Positions 50,491 to 59,528 of a stretch of DNA of 64,000 bases are shown piece after piece; position 1 is the first letter of the stretch, and the number at the start of each line of letters is the position of its first letter. This stretch comes from Akkermansia muciniphila (GTDB lineage: Bacteria > Bacteroidota > Bacteroidia > Bacteroidales > Bacteroidaceae), in contig CAVFEZ010000005.1 of NCBI GenBank assembly GCA_963621665.1, positions 6,005-70,004 of the forward strand, read 5' to 3'. Position numbers and translations under genes: made by a program. A model generated the notes under the pieces. It made no database searches. It saw only the letters and a list, made by a program, of their open reading frames with translations, and had not been told where the DNA came from.

Positions 50491-52002
50491 ATGAAGAAAA
50501 CCACATACGTCACCATACTTTTCCTACTATCCGTCTTTATAGCAGGCATAACGAGCGGATGCCAAGACAGCGGAAAGAAAGCATTCAACCGCCTGTTGCT
50601 GCAATTGGCCGAAGAAGACCACACCATAGACCACAATGACTGGATGGCCATCGAAAAATGGATGCACGAGAATGCCGCAGCACTCAGCGAATTGCGTGAC
50701 GGCGACCATCCAGACGTCAAGAAGACCAAGGAGTACATCGCAGATTTCTTCAAAAACCGCCGACCCTCCGCAGACATCACCTTTGTCGGTATCGGGAACA
50801 AGCCCTTTTTTGCCGTTCACCTGTACTTGGAGCGTTCCGGCAGCATGGCACCCTACGACAGCCGCGAAGGAGACGGACTCTTCAAGTCAGCCATCGTGCA
50901 GTTGCTGAACAGTCTACCCGGTGACAACAACGACAACCGCATCTATATCGTCAACAGCACTGTAAACGCCTATCCCGAAGGATTCGACAAATTTCTTTCG
51001 GATACCGACATCTTTGAAAGCACCAAGGGCATAGGCGATGCCAGTTATACGGATTTCAGTTCGATCTTCAGCGACCTGCTGAACAATACCGGAGACAATG
51101 ATCTCAGCATCCTTGTCACCGACATGATCTACTCCACCAAAAACATGAGTGGAGTAAGTCCGCAAAAGATATTCAACGAGGCTGAAGGAATGACCAACGC
51201 TGTCTTCAAGAACATCGGAACACAAAAATCGATGCTGGTTGTAAAATTGCACAGTGGATATCACGGCCCCTACTACAGCTACGATGCGCCATCCACAGGC
51301 AAACGCTATGACGGGCAACGTCCCTTCTATATGGTCATCGTGACCTCGAATGCGAACATGGCCCGACTGACAACGGACCACCACTATCAGGCATTTGCCC
51401 GACTGGCACAGATCAAGGGATACGACGACGAGTACCTTTTCAGCGCAGCACCACCATACGCCCCCTACCACTCGCTGTTGCTGAACCACCGCGACATACG
51501 CGGACGGTTCAAACCGGAAAGAGGATCAGGTACGCAGGTTACATCCATCAAAGACGTGGAAACTGACCCTGAGACAAAAGACTTCAGGCTAATACTGGCC
51601 GTCGATCTCAGCCACATGTTCATCGCGGACAGTTATCTGACCGACAAGAAGAACTACGAGGTGGCATCGGGCAGCGGTATGAAAATCGTTTCCATACGCC
51701 CCATCAGGAGCGGTGACCTCACAGAGACAGAAAAACGGTACGCCGGCACGGCCACCCATCTGTTCACACTCAGTGCGGGGAGAACCATCCCCAAAGACGA
51801 CATCCACATCCGGCTGAAGAACGTTTTGCCGGCATGGATTGCCAACACGTCTACTGACGATGACCGAGACACGCACACGGGGAATTTCAGCGAAACGACA
51901 TTCGGTCTGAAATATCTTTTAGGCGGCATATACCAGTCGTACAAGAAAAGTGCGGGCGGCGTACCCGACTACTTTGACATCGAACTCAAACTGAGCGAAT
52001 AA
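50491..52002 (+). CDS. Lipoprotein with vWA/MIDAS-like domain
   Basis: Signal with lipobox ITSG-C24; VHLYLERSGSM, YTDF and SILVTDM resemble the MIDAS DxSxS...T...D triad. Confidence 0.7.
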   Translation: MKKTTYVTILFLLSVFIAGITSGCQDSGKKAFNRLLLQLAEEDHTIDHNDWMAIEKWMHENAAALSELRDGDHPDVKKTKEYIADFFKNRRPSADITFVGIGNKPFFAVHLYLERSGSMAPYDSREGDGLFKSAIVQLLNSLPGDNNDNRIYIVNSTVNAYPEGFDKFLSDTDIFESTKGIGDASYTDFSSIFSDLLNNTGDNDLSILVTDMIYSTKNMSGVSPQKIFNEAEGMTNAVFKNIGTQKSMLVVKLHSGYHGPYYSYDAPSTGKRYDGQRPFYMVIVTSNANMARLTTDHHYQAFARLAQIKGYDDEYLFSAAPPYAPYHSLLLNHRDIRGRFKPERGSGTQVTSIKDVETDPETKDFRLILAVDLSHMFIADSYLTDKKNYEVASGSGMKIVSIRPIRSGDLTETEKRYAGTATHLFTLSAGRTIPKDDIHIRLKNVLPAWIANTSTDDDRDTHTGNFSETTFGLKYLLGGIYQSYKKSAGGVPDYFDIELKLSE

Positions 52003-52061
52003 CTGCAAGACGGACATCGTCCGCCACAATATTCGCACTAGATTAAGGGCTATAAAAAATT

Positions 52062-52505
52062 ATGAAGAATATCTTACTATTGGCAGGAGGACTACTGCTG
52101 ACACTCCTTTTCCTCATCATGTCTGCGACAGCATTTGAGGGGATGTACTATGAACGGGAATTTTCCAACGAGATGTACAACCAAGGGCTCTACCTTCCCG
52201 CTTCAATCCTTGTCACCGGTATGGCATGGGGGGCTGCAGCGGCGTACTATTACCTCATCAATTCGGTCAATTTCTCACGATGGTTCCACTGGCTCATCAT
52301 GCTTGTTGCCACCGCAGCACTGTCAACAATATGCGTACACACCTATACCGCCAGCGCACTTGCTGACGAGGGACTCAGTTTCGGCCATCAACTGACTACA
52401 TTCTCAGGAGTTTGTGCCGTTACGAATACAATCTTTTTCATCATTGCCTCCTTTTCGCTAAGGTGGTGGAGTTCCAACTGCCGCCACACCCCCATTCCCG
52501 AATAG
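52062..52505 (+). CDS. Small integral membrane protein (4 predicted TM helices)
   Basis: Four hydrophobic segments; C-terminal WWSSNCRHTP. Confidence 0.8.
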   Translation: MKNILLLAGGLLLTLLFLIMSATAFEGMYYEREFSNEMYNQGLYLPASILVTGMAWGAAAAYYYLINSVNFSRWFHWLIMLVATAALSTICVHTYTASALADEGLSFGHQLTTFSGVCAVTNTIFFIIASFSLRWWSSNCRHTPIPE

Positions 52506-52580
52506 CAGAATTCTGCACCATCTTGGCTCAGCAGAAATTCCTTTTCAAAAGAACAAAAGCAAACATAACACCATACGACA

Positions 52581-54125
52581 GTGAGACTTTTCTTATTCTT
52601 GGTCGGCGGGACCGGTTCCCGCGTATTGCGTCCGCTCATCATGCAGTTTGCAGCGGGCATACACCCGACCGACGAGGCCGGCAACGCCATTCCCCTGGAA
52701 GTAGTACCCGTCATCATCGACCCCCACAAAGCCAATGAAGACCTGAAGCGTACGGACAACCTCCTACGTTGGTACAAACAGATACACCGCGCTCTGTACG
52801 GACAACGCAGCGATGCCACACGCGGCTTTTTCTCAGTCAAGATATCGACACTCAGCGATATATGTCCGCAAGGGAATGAACTGGCAGACACGTTTCAGAT
52901 GAAACTTGGTACGCTGGAATCGACAAAATTCCGCGACTTCATCAACTACAACACGATGGACACCGCCAACCAGGCCCTTTGCTCCATGATGTTTTCCGAC
53001 TACCAACTTGAGACCAAGATGGACATCGGATTTGTCGGAAGTCCCAATATCGGAAGCATTGCGCTCAACGAGCTGAAAGACAGTGAAGAGTTCAAACAAT
53101 TCTCCAACGTATTTCAAAAAGAAGACCGTGTGTTCATCGTCAGTTCGATATTCGGCGGAACAGGAGCGGCCGGATACCCTGTCATCGTGAACAACATCCG
53201 CAATGCGGACGAAAACACATCCATCAACAACCGAGGAGACCTGCGCAACGCAAAAATCGGGGCACTCACCGTATTGCCCTACTTCAACGTACAACAAGAC
53301 GAGAACAGTCCGATTTCCCGAGCCGACTTTATCTCCAAGACGAAATCTGCCCTGTATTACTATCACGACAATCTGACCGGACTACGGTATGGCGGAAAGG
53401 ATACGGGAACGTCAAAAATCAACGCATGCTACTATCTCGGTGACGAGGTACCGTCGACCCCATATTTCAACGACCCAGGAGGGAACGGCCAGCGCAACGA
53501 TGCCCACCTTGTGGAATTTGTCGGAGCCTTGTCCATACTCGACTTTCTCCAGATTTCAGACGACCAGATCGTTACGGCAGACGGCAAAGCCATTCGCCCC
53601 ATTTACAAAGAATACGGGCTGGCCAACGACACGAGAAACGTCACGCTCAAAGACTTGGGCCTGCAGACACGGATTGCCATCAATGAGCAGATGGCCAAAT
53701 TCCATCTCGCATATATGTATATCACATATCGGCTGCGCGAAGATATCGGGCACGGCTACACGCTCGACAAACCAGCCATAACGAAAGGATTTCTGTCGAC
53801 ATCGTTCTTTACCACGCTGACAGCCAACTTTTTCGTAGCCTACGCACAATGGCTCAAGGAACTGCAAAACAACCAAAGAAGTTTCGCTCCCTTCAACCTC
53901 GATACGCAGGAGATAAGAAATTGCCTGAACCACATCGAAGCGAGAAGCGGATTTCTGAAGACTCCACCCAACTACAAGCACATACTCTCTGCACTCAACG
54001 CGGCCTCACAAAAAGCAGTCAAAACCAATGCCTATGGCGAGACAGAGACCGCCGGCAAACTCCTTGGACTACTCGACATGGTCTTGGGGAAACTGCTCGA
54101 CGAAAAATACGATTCCGTAGTCTGA
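52581..54125 (+). CDS. Divergent tubulin/FtsZ-superfamily GTPase (Tubulin_2-like)
   Basis: LVGGTGSRV, IIDP, GFVGSPNIG, SSIFGGTGAAG (tubulin signature variant), TVLPYF in canonical order; GTG start. Confidence 0.85.
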   Translation: MRLFLFLVGGTGSRVLRPLIMQFAAGIHPTDEAGNAIPLEVVPVIIDPHKANEDLKRTDNLLRWYKQIHRALYGQRSDATRGFFSVKISTLSDICPQGNELADTFQMKLGTLESTKFRDFINYNTMDTANQALCSMMFSDYQLETKMDIGFVGSPNIGSIALNELKDSEEFKQFSNVFQKEDRVFIVSSIFGGTGAAGYPVIVNNIRNADENTSINNRGDLRNAKIGALTVLPYFNVQQDENSPISRADFISKTKSALYYYHDNLTGLRYGGKDTGTSKINACYYLGDEVPSTPYFNDPGGNGQRNDAHLVEFVGALSILDFLQISDDQIVTADGKAIRPIYKEYGLANDTRNVTLKDLGLQTRIAINEQMAKFHLAYMYITYRLREDIGHGYTLDKPAITKGFLSTSFFTTLTANFFVAYAQWLKELQNNQRSFAPFNLDTQEIRNCLNHIEARSGFLKTPPNYKHILSALNAASQKAVKTNAYGETETAGKLLGLLDMVLGKLLDEKYDSVV

Positions 54126-54148
54126 ACCACTCCACAAGAAACGACAAC

Positions 54149-57100
54149 ATGAGCAAAATACTGGCATACAACAACAAGACGACCGGCGAGAGTTGGATAC
54201 CGCTAAGCGGCCAATACTCTGCCGACGAAATAGAAATGATAGCCGATCCGAACGGCGGGCTGTCGCAAACGCCACGGACTGCCATTCCAAGTCCATTTGC
54301 CCAAATGGACCTGGTCAAGAATGCCTTTCACCGGCTATCAACCCACACTGACCTCCACGGGGAGACAATGGACGAGAAACTCGTATCAGACGCTTTGGAC
54401 ATTGCCCAACTGTTTTTCTGCTACAAAGAACTGACAGAAAGTCTGCACATCATCACATGGAACAGAGCAACAGAGATTGCCAAATTGCTGGCCAGTCCGC
54501 AACACAGAATTGTCGGAGAGACAATCGAGATGTTCCTCAAGCAAGACCAGGAAGCCTTCAACTTTGCAAAGATGGACAAGCTCCACTTTCTTGTCTACGG
54601 CAATGCTGTCATCGGAAGCACGTCACCAGTCACCCTCTTCATGGCCAGTCCCAACGCCGCACCAAACATATACGACATTCCATTGGAGCAGAACGTGAAG
54701 ATATTCTCCCGATGGCGGCCGCTCTATCAACGCGAAAAGCGCTTTGTTGTCTACTGCTATGCGCTCTTCACGGCCTACCCGGAACTCAAGCAACTGTGCA
54801 GCGAGGTCAATGCCTACCTGATCAGGAACTTCCGCCTTTTGCCACAAGACACACAGTCGGACATCACCAAAAACATCGGCAACCCGGAAGCACTCGACAT
54901 GGACAAGACAGACAAGGCGCTCAACTACCTGAATGCCAATTTCGACAAGATGGAAGACGGAGTACAGGCCTTAGGCGTTCCGTTCTACTGCGCACGCCAG
55001 CAAGACGTAGAAGAGGATATTGCAGCAAGCGATTTCAGAATACAAAGCACAAAGGCGACAATGGGCGAAAAGATGCCGCTCATTCTTCAGAACCACCTGA
55101 ATGCGCCGGGCAACGACCCATTCAGATACATTGTCGACAACTGGGACGACTCTATCATCATCACTCCGGAGGACTATGCCCTTTCTCCAGAGAAAAGATT
55201 GCTTCCGGGGACCACCCACCAGTATCCGTGGCTCACAGACGACGATTTTCTTGAACCGGCACTCATCAAACTCGACTATGCCATCAACCGCGACTGCTTC
55301 TTCGACGGCAACATCACACAGGAGACAAGAGAGACCGATGACTACGATTTTCTATTGCCCATCAAACCGCTTTTCTTCAAATACTTCAATGTCAGCGACC
55401 TTTGGGGGACAATAGGTGGCCGTCCGCGTTTCGAACTGCGGCACTCCAAAACCGGACAGACGGAAACCGTCAAGGCCATACTGCGTATACCCGTACAGAA
55501 GTCAGGACACTACGTCACACTCTCGCGTACATACATCCAGTCGACAGACTGCAATTTGGAATACGACAACGGACGGAATTGCGGAAAATTTATTACCCTA
55601 CCATTTGCTATCGCCATCTTCCCGTTTGTCAAGACCACACAACCGGGACAATACCACATACAACTCGTTGACCGGGCACTCGGACAAATGGAAAACTACG
55701 CCATCGGCCTGACGTTCCATGACAGTACCCATGACGAACAGATAGAATGCACAGCGAGAAAGCGGAGCATGAAAGCCGTCAAAAGGGTCGGCTCGCTATA
55801 CTACAGACTCGACGGTTCATTCGACCATATCAAGGCTTCACTTACCGACGACCTCAACAGGGTTGTGGCAGAAGGCATCATCTGCCCCCGATGGGCCAAT
55901 CACGTCGAAGGCCACGAAGCCTTCACCTTCGCTGTAGATTTCGGTACGACCAACACCCATGTGGAATGTATGCGCGAGAACCAAATGCCCGCACCGCTCA
56001 AAGTGGCCTCCGCCACGCAGGAGCGTATGGTTGCCACGCTATACAACGGAAGCAGCATTCTATACGATGTCATACTTCATCAGGAATTTCTGCCACAAGT
56101 CATCGGAGGCGAGTACGGATTTCCACAACGTACTGTACTTTCTGAAAGCGAGCACCTCAATGCAGCGCAGGCCGACGAGATTATCGCTCTGTGCGACGCC
56201 AACATCCCCTTCATCTACGAGAAGGAATCCATCGGTTACGGAAACCGCATCATCGCCGACCTGAAATGGTCTACCGACCTGTCCACCAACAAGCGCATCC
56301 ACACCTACCTGACCGAGTTGGCCCAACTCATGAGAACAAAGGTTCTTCTTGAGAACGGTGACCTAGCAAAGACACGCGTGGTCTGGTTCTACCCCCTCAG
56401 CATGAAAGTGGGAAGAATCCGGAAAATGGAAGAAATGTGGAAAAAAACCTTCGAAAAGGTATTCGGTACTACCGCAGACGAAAAGAACCTTCTGCAAATG
56501 CCCGAATCGGTCGCTCCCTACTACTATTACAAGTGCTCCAGCCAGTTCCGGGGTGCCGCCGCCAACGTAGCGAGCATAGACATAGGCGGCGGATCAAGTG
56601 ACGTGGCCGTATTCGAGTCCAACACCGGAGTCCCCACCCTACTCACATCATTCAGATTTGCAGCCAATACGCTCTTCGGCGACGGATTCTCGGAATTGCC
56701 ACATGGCGACACCAATCCCCTGACCCGGAAATACGTCGGCTTCTTCAGACAAATATTCGATCGCGACGATGACAAGTACGGCGAACTGAACGGCATCATG
56801 GACGACATCGTAGACAAGCGGAAGTCAGAAGACATCAATGCGTTTCTCTTCTCCATCGAAAACAACAAAGCCACCAAAGGCAACGACCTGTTCTCTTTCA
56901 ACAAGAGACTCAATGAGGACGAGACACGCAAGATCATCTTCATCTACTTCTACGCCGCTATCATCTACTATGTAGCCCGGATGATGGAACACCGGCAACT
57001 GGATATGCCCCAAAGCGTCATGTTCAGCGGAACAGGTTCCAAGACACTTGATATCGTTGGAACCAAGACTGATTTGGAACTACTCACCCGGTACATCTTC

Positions 57101-57622
57101 GAAAAGGTATACGCAAAAACCTACGGAGAGAAACCGTTCTCCATCGTCACAGAAAGGACCGAGCCCAAACACATCACCTGCAGGGGGGCACTCCTGCAGG
57201 TAAGAGACGAGACCGGCTGCAAAAACGTGCAGGAACTTAACCGCCAAATGTACGAATTTGACAACCCGCTGAAGTACAACTACTCCATGCTCGACAAAGA
57301 AACGCTCACCTACGATGACATAAGCAATTCCGACATACAGGCATCCATTGTCAACGAAGTACGCAAGTACAACACGATGTTCCTGCAACTCTGCGAAGAT
57401 GCCCATGTATGCGACCGTTTCCTTGTCAACAGAAAAGCATTCGAACTGTTCAAAACGCTACTGAACAAGGATTTGGAACACCATCTCATCACAGGTTGGA
57501 ATTTCTACAACAAAAACCAAAGCGAGAAGAACGGAGCCGATCCCATAGAAGATGCCGTATTCTTCTACCCTATCATAGGAAGCATACGCGACAACATGAT
57601 AGAAAACTTAAAAGAGGAATAA
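54149..57622 (+). CDS. Large protein with C-terminal actin/Hsp70-superfamily ATPase domain
   Basis: AVDFGTTNT, MPESVAP, SIDIGGGSSD, MFSGTGSK, EPKHITCRGAL match phosphate1, connect1, phosphate2, adenosine and connect2; about 590-aa unknown N-terminal region. Confidence 0.85.
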   Translation: MSKILAYNNKTTGESWIPLSGQYSADEIEMIADPNGGLSQTPRTAIPSPFAQMDLVKNAFHRLSTHTDLHGETMDEKLVSDALDIAQLFFCYKELTESLHIITWNRATEIAKLLASPQHRIVGETIEMFLKQDQEAFNFAKMDKLHFLVYGNAVIGSTSPVTLFMASPNAAPNIYDIPLEQNVKIFSRWRPLYQREKRFVVYCYALFTAYPELKQLCSEVNAYLIRNFRLLPQDTQSDITKNIGNPEALDMDKTDKALNYLNANFDKMEDGVQALGVPFYCARQQDVEEDIAASDFRIQSTKATMGEKMPLILQNHLNAPGNDPFRYIVDNWDDSIIITPEDYALSPEKRLLPGTTHQYPWLTDDDFLEPALIKLDYAINRDCFFDGNITQETRETDDYDFLLPIKPLFFKYFNVSDLWGTIGGRPRFELRHSKTGQTETVKAILRIPVQKSGHYVTLSRTYIQSTDCNLEYDNGRNCGKFITLPFAIAIFPFVKTTQPGQYHIQLVDRALGQMENYAIGLTFHDSTHDEQIECTARKRSMKAVKRVGSLYYRLDGSFDHIKASLTDDLNRVVAEGIICPRWANHVEGHEAFTFAVDFGTTNTHVECMRENQMPAPLKVASATQERMVATLYNGSSILYDVILHQEFLPQVIGGEYGFPQRTVLSESEHLNAAQADEIIALCDANIPFIYEKESIGYGNRIIADLKWSTDLSTNKRIHTYLTELAQLMRTKVLLENGDLAKTRVVWFYPLSMKVGRIRKMEEMWKKTFEKVFGTTADEKNLLQMPESVAPYYYYKCSSQFRGAAANVASIDIGGGSSDVAVFESNTGVPTLLTSFRFAANTLFGDGFSELPHGDTNPLTRKYVGFFRQIFDRDDDKYGELNGIMDDIVDKRKSEDINAFLFSIENNKATKGNDLFSFNKRLNEDETRKIIFIYFYAAIIYYVARMMEHRQLDMPQSVMFSGTGSKTLDIVGTKTDLELLTRYIFEKVYAKTYGEKPFSIVTERTEPKHITCRGALLQVRDETGCKNVQELNRQMYEFDNPLKYNYSMLDKETLTYDDISNSDIQASIVNEVRKYNTMFLQLCEDAHVCDRFLVNRKAFELFKTLLNKDLEHHLITGWNFYNKNQSEKNGADPIEDAVFFYPIIGSIRDNMIENLKEE

Positions 57623-57700
57623 AGGTGGGAACGATGCGTGGAATTTATAGAACACGCCTAAAAAGCAATGGTTTAGTATTCCCTAATACTTTACAAAAAG

Positions 57701-57742
57701 AGCAAACCCCGGAAACAGAAAATTCTGTTTCCGGGGTTTGCT
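57701..57742. terminator. Bidirectional terminator hairpin
   Basis: 20-bp perfect inverted repeat AGCAAACCCCGGAAACAGAA/TTCTGTTTCCGGGGTTTGCT between convergent genes. Confidence 0.85.
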
Positions 57743-57751
57743 ATACACTCA

Positions 57752-58138
57752 TCAGAACGGCAGATCGTCACTGCTATTCTCCTGTACTACAGGTTGAGGT
57801 GCAGCAGGAGCCGGTTGCGGAGCCACAATGGGCTGCGGAGCCACTACGGAAGCGCCGCCTATTGCTGCAGGGTCAACAAGACGCACATCAAAAGCACGCA
57901 CACTGTTGAACCAGCGGCCGTTGTACTCATGGGCATCGATGTCAAATGAGACCATCACCTCCTGGCCAACCTGGATATTGAAACGCTGCAGGCGATCGGC
58001 ACCAAATACGCTGAACACCATTTTGCGGGGATAGGTATCATGGGTCTCAATAACAAAATCCTGGGCAGTCCATTCACCTCTTGCTGACGTGCCACTTCTT
58101 GCAGGAAGGGCGGCTATCACTTTTCCTTGTAATTCCAT
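57752..58138 (-). CDS. DUF3127 protein (OB-fold/SSB-like, acidic tail)
   Basis: MELQGKVI...W..Q.FVIET..YP, FDIDAHEYNGRWFN; terminal DDLPF like the SSB tail. Confidence 0.85.
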   Translation of the reverse strand: MELQGKVIAALPARSGTSARGEWTAQDFVIETHDTYPRKMVFSVFGADRLQRFNIQVGQEVMVSFDIDAHEYNGRWFNSVRAFDVRLVDPAAIGGASVVAPQPIVAPQPAPAAPQPVVQENSSDDLPF

Positions 58139-58361
58139 TGTAAAAATCTGTTGGTATTGTTTTTCTTATCTTTTCCAAAAGTCTGGCCGGGAACAGCCTG
58201 ACAGGTGCCATAACATTCCTTTCAAATTCCGACCGTAAGCATGCACAAGGCACAGAAAACAGAATATTCCAGCGTTCCCATTGGACTTGCGAAATTAATA
58301 ATTTTTGCTTTAACAAGAGAAAGTTTCACACAAGTTTTTTGTTCCACACAAGGCTTTTTTG

Positions 58362-58369
58362 TATTTTTG
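58362..58369 (+). promoter_or_regulatory. -7 promoter element for dnaN
   Basis: TATTTTTG with TTTG about 20 nt upstream. Confidence 0.6.
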
Positions 58370-58403
58370 TACCTGAATAGGAAAACAACAAAATATTACA
58401 TAC

Positions 58404-59528
58404 ATGCGATTTACATTATCAAGCAGTTTGCTCAACAGCCGCCTGCTGACTTTGGCAAAGGTCATCAGCAACAAGAATTCCATCAACATACTTGAATGTT
58501 TTCTCTTCGAAGTAAAAGAGGGCGTACTTGTCATCACCGCAAGCGACAGCGAGAACGTCATGGAGACAGAACTGACACTCGACGAATGCGACGGCAACGG
58601 TTGTTTCGCCATCGCAAACCGCACGATAATCGATGCCTTAAAGGAGATACCCGAACAGCCGCTCACATTCAATGTTGACACCAGCACCTTCAACATTCAG
58701 ATAGCCTACCTCAACGGCGTATACAATTTCACGGCGCAAGACGCTACCGAATACCCGAGACTGAAACCGATGGCAGAAGACTCACACGTGATCACTATCT
58801 CCTCAAGTATGTTGCAGAGCGGACTTTCGCGCACAATGTTTGCCGCTGCCGCCGGCGACATCCGGCCAGTAATGAGTAGCGTGTATTTTGATTTGAGCGA
58901 AGACTGCCTCACCCTTGTTGCCACAGACGGACACAAACTGGCCCGCAACCGCAACTACACAGTGAAGACAGAAGAGCCGTCGGCATTTATTCTGCCCCAG
59001 AAGCCGTCCAATCTGCTCAAGAACATACTTGCAAAAGACGACAGCGACGTTGTCATCCGTTTCTCCGAAGGCAATGCGGAAATAAGATATGCGGAAGGCA
59101 CACTCTCTTGTATCCTGCTTGAAGGACGATACCCCAACTACAATTCAGTCATCCCCACAAACAACCCCAACGAGATGACCATCGACCGCAAGGCTTTCCT
59201 TGGCGCCCTGCGACGCGTATCGACATTCGCCAGCGAAAGCAGCCAACTGGTACGCCTGCACATCACCCCCGGCAACCTTGAACTGTCTGCAGAAGACATC
59301 GATTTCGCCACAAGCGCCAAGGAGAACATCATCTGCGAGTACACCGGAAAGCCTATGGATATCGGTTTCAAGAGCAGCGCATTAAGCGACATTCTCAACA
59401 ATCTGGGGAGCGATGAGATCATCGTAAAACTTGCTGACCCCAGTCGCGCATGTGTCATTGTTCCGACAGAAAATCCCGAAAACGAGGACATTCTGATGTT
59501 GCTCATGCCCATGTTGCTCAACGACTGA
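58404..59528 (+). CDS. dnaN: DNA polymerase III beta clamp
   Basis: ITASD, RPVMS, VATDGHKLA, EGRYPNYNSVIP, IGF, LLMPM. Confidence 0.96.
   Translation: MRFTLSSSLLNSRLLTLAKVISNKNSINILECFLFEVKEGVLVITASDSENVMETELTLDECDGNGCFAIANRTIIDALKEIPEQPLTFNVDTSTFNIQIAYLNGVYNFTAQDATEYPRLKPMAEDSHVITISSSMLQSGLSRTMFAAAAGDIRPVMSSVYFDLSEDCLTLVATDGHKLARNRNYTVKTEEPSAFILPQKPSNLLKNILAKDDSDVVIRFSEGNAEIRYAEGTLSCILLEGRYPNYNSVIPTNNPNEMTIDRKAFLGALRRVSTFASESSQLVRLHITPGNLELSAEDIDFATSAKENIICEYTGKPMDIGFKSSALSDILNNLGSDEIIVKLADPSRACVIVPTENPENEDILMLLMPMLLND

Noticed and set aside
53849..54148. 100-aa N-terminal extension of the actin-like ORF in the track
   Set aside because: Overlaps the tubulin-like gene; ATG at 54149 after an A-rich leader is the more plausible start.
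52581..57622. Annotation as canonical ftsZ plus ftsA or dnaK
   Set aside because: Signature motifs, sizes and domain layouts differ; no dcw or chaperone gene context.
58139..58403. oriC next to dnaN
   Set aside because: No dnaA and no cluster of TTATCCACA boxes; dnaN apart from dnaA is normal in Bacteroidota.
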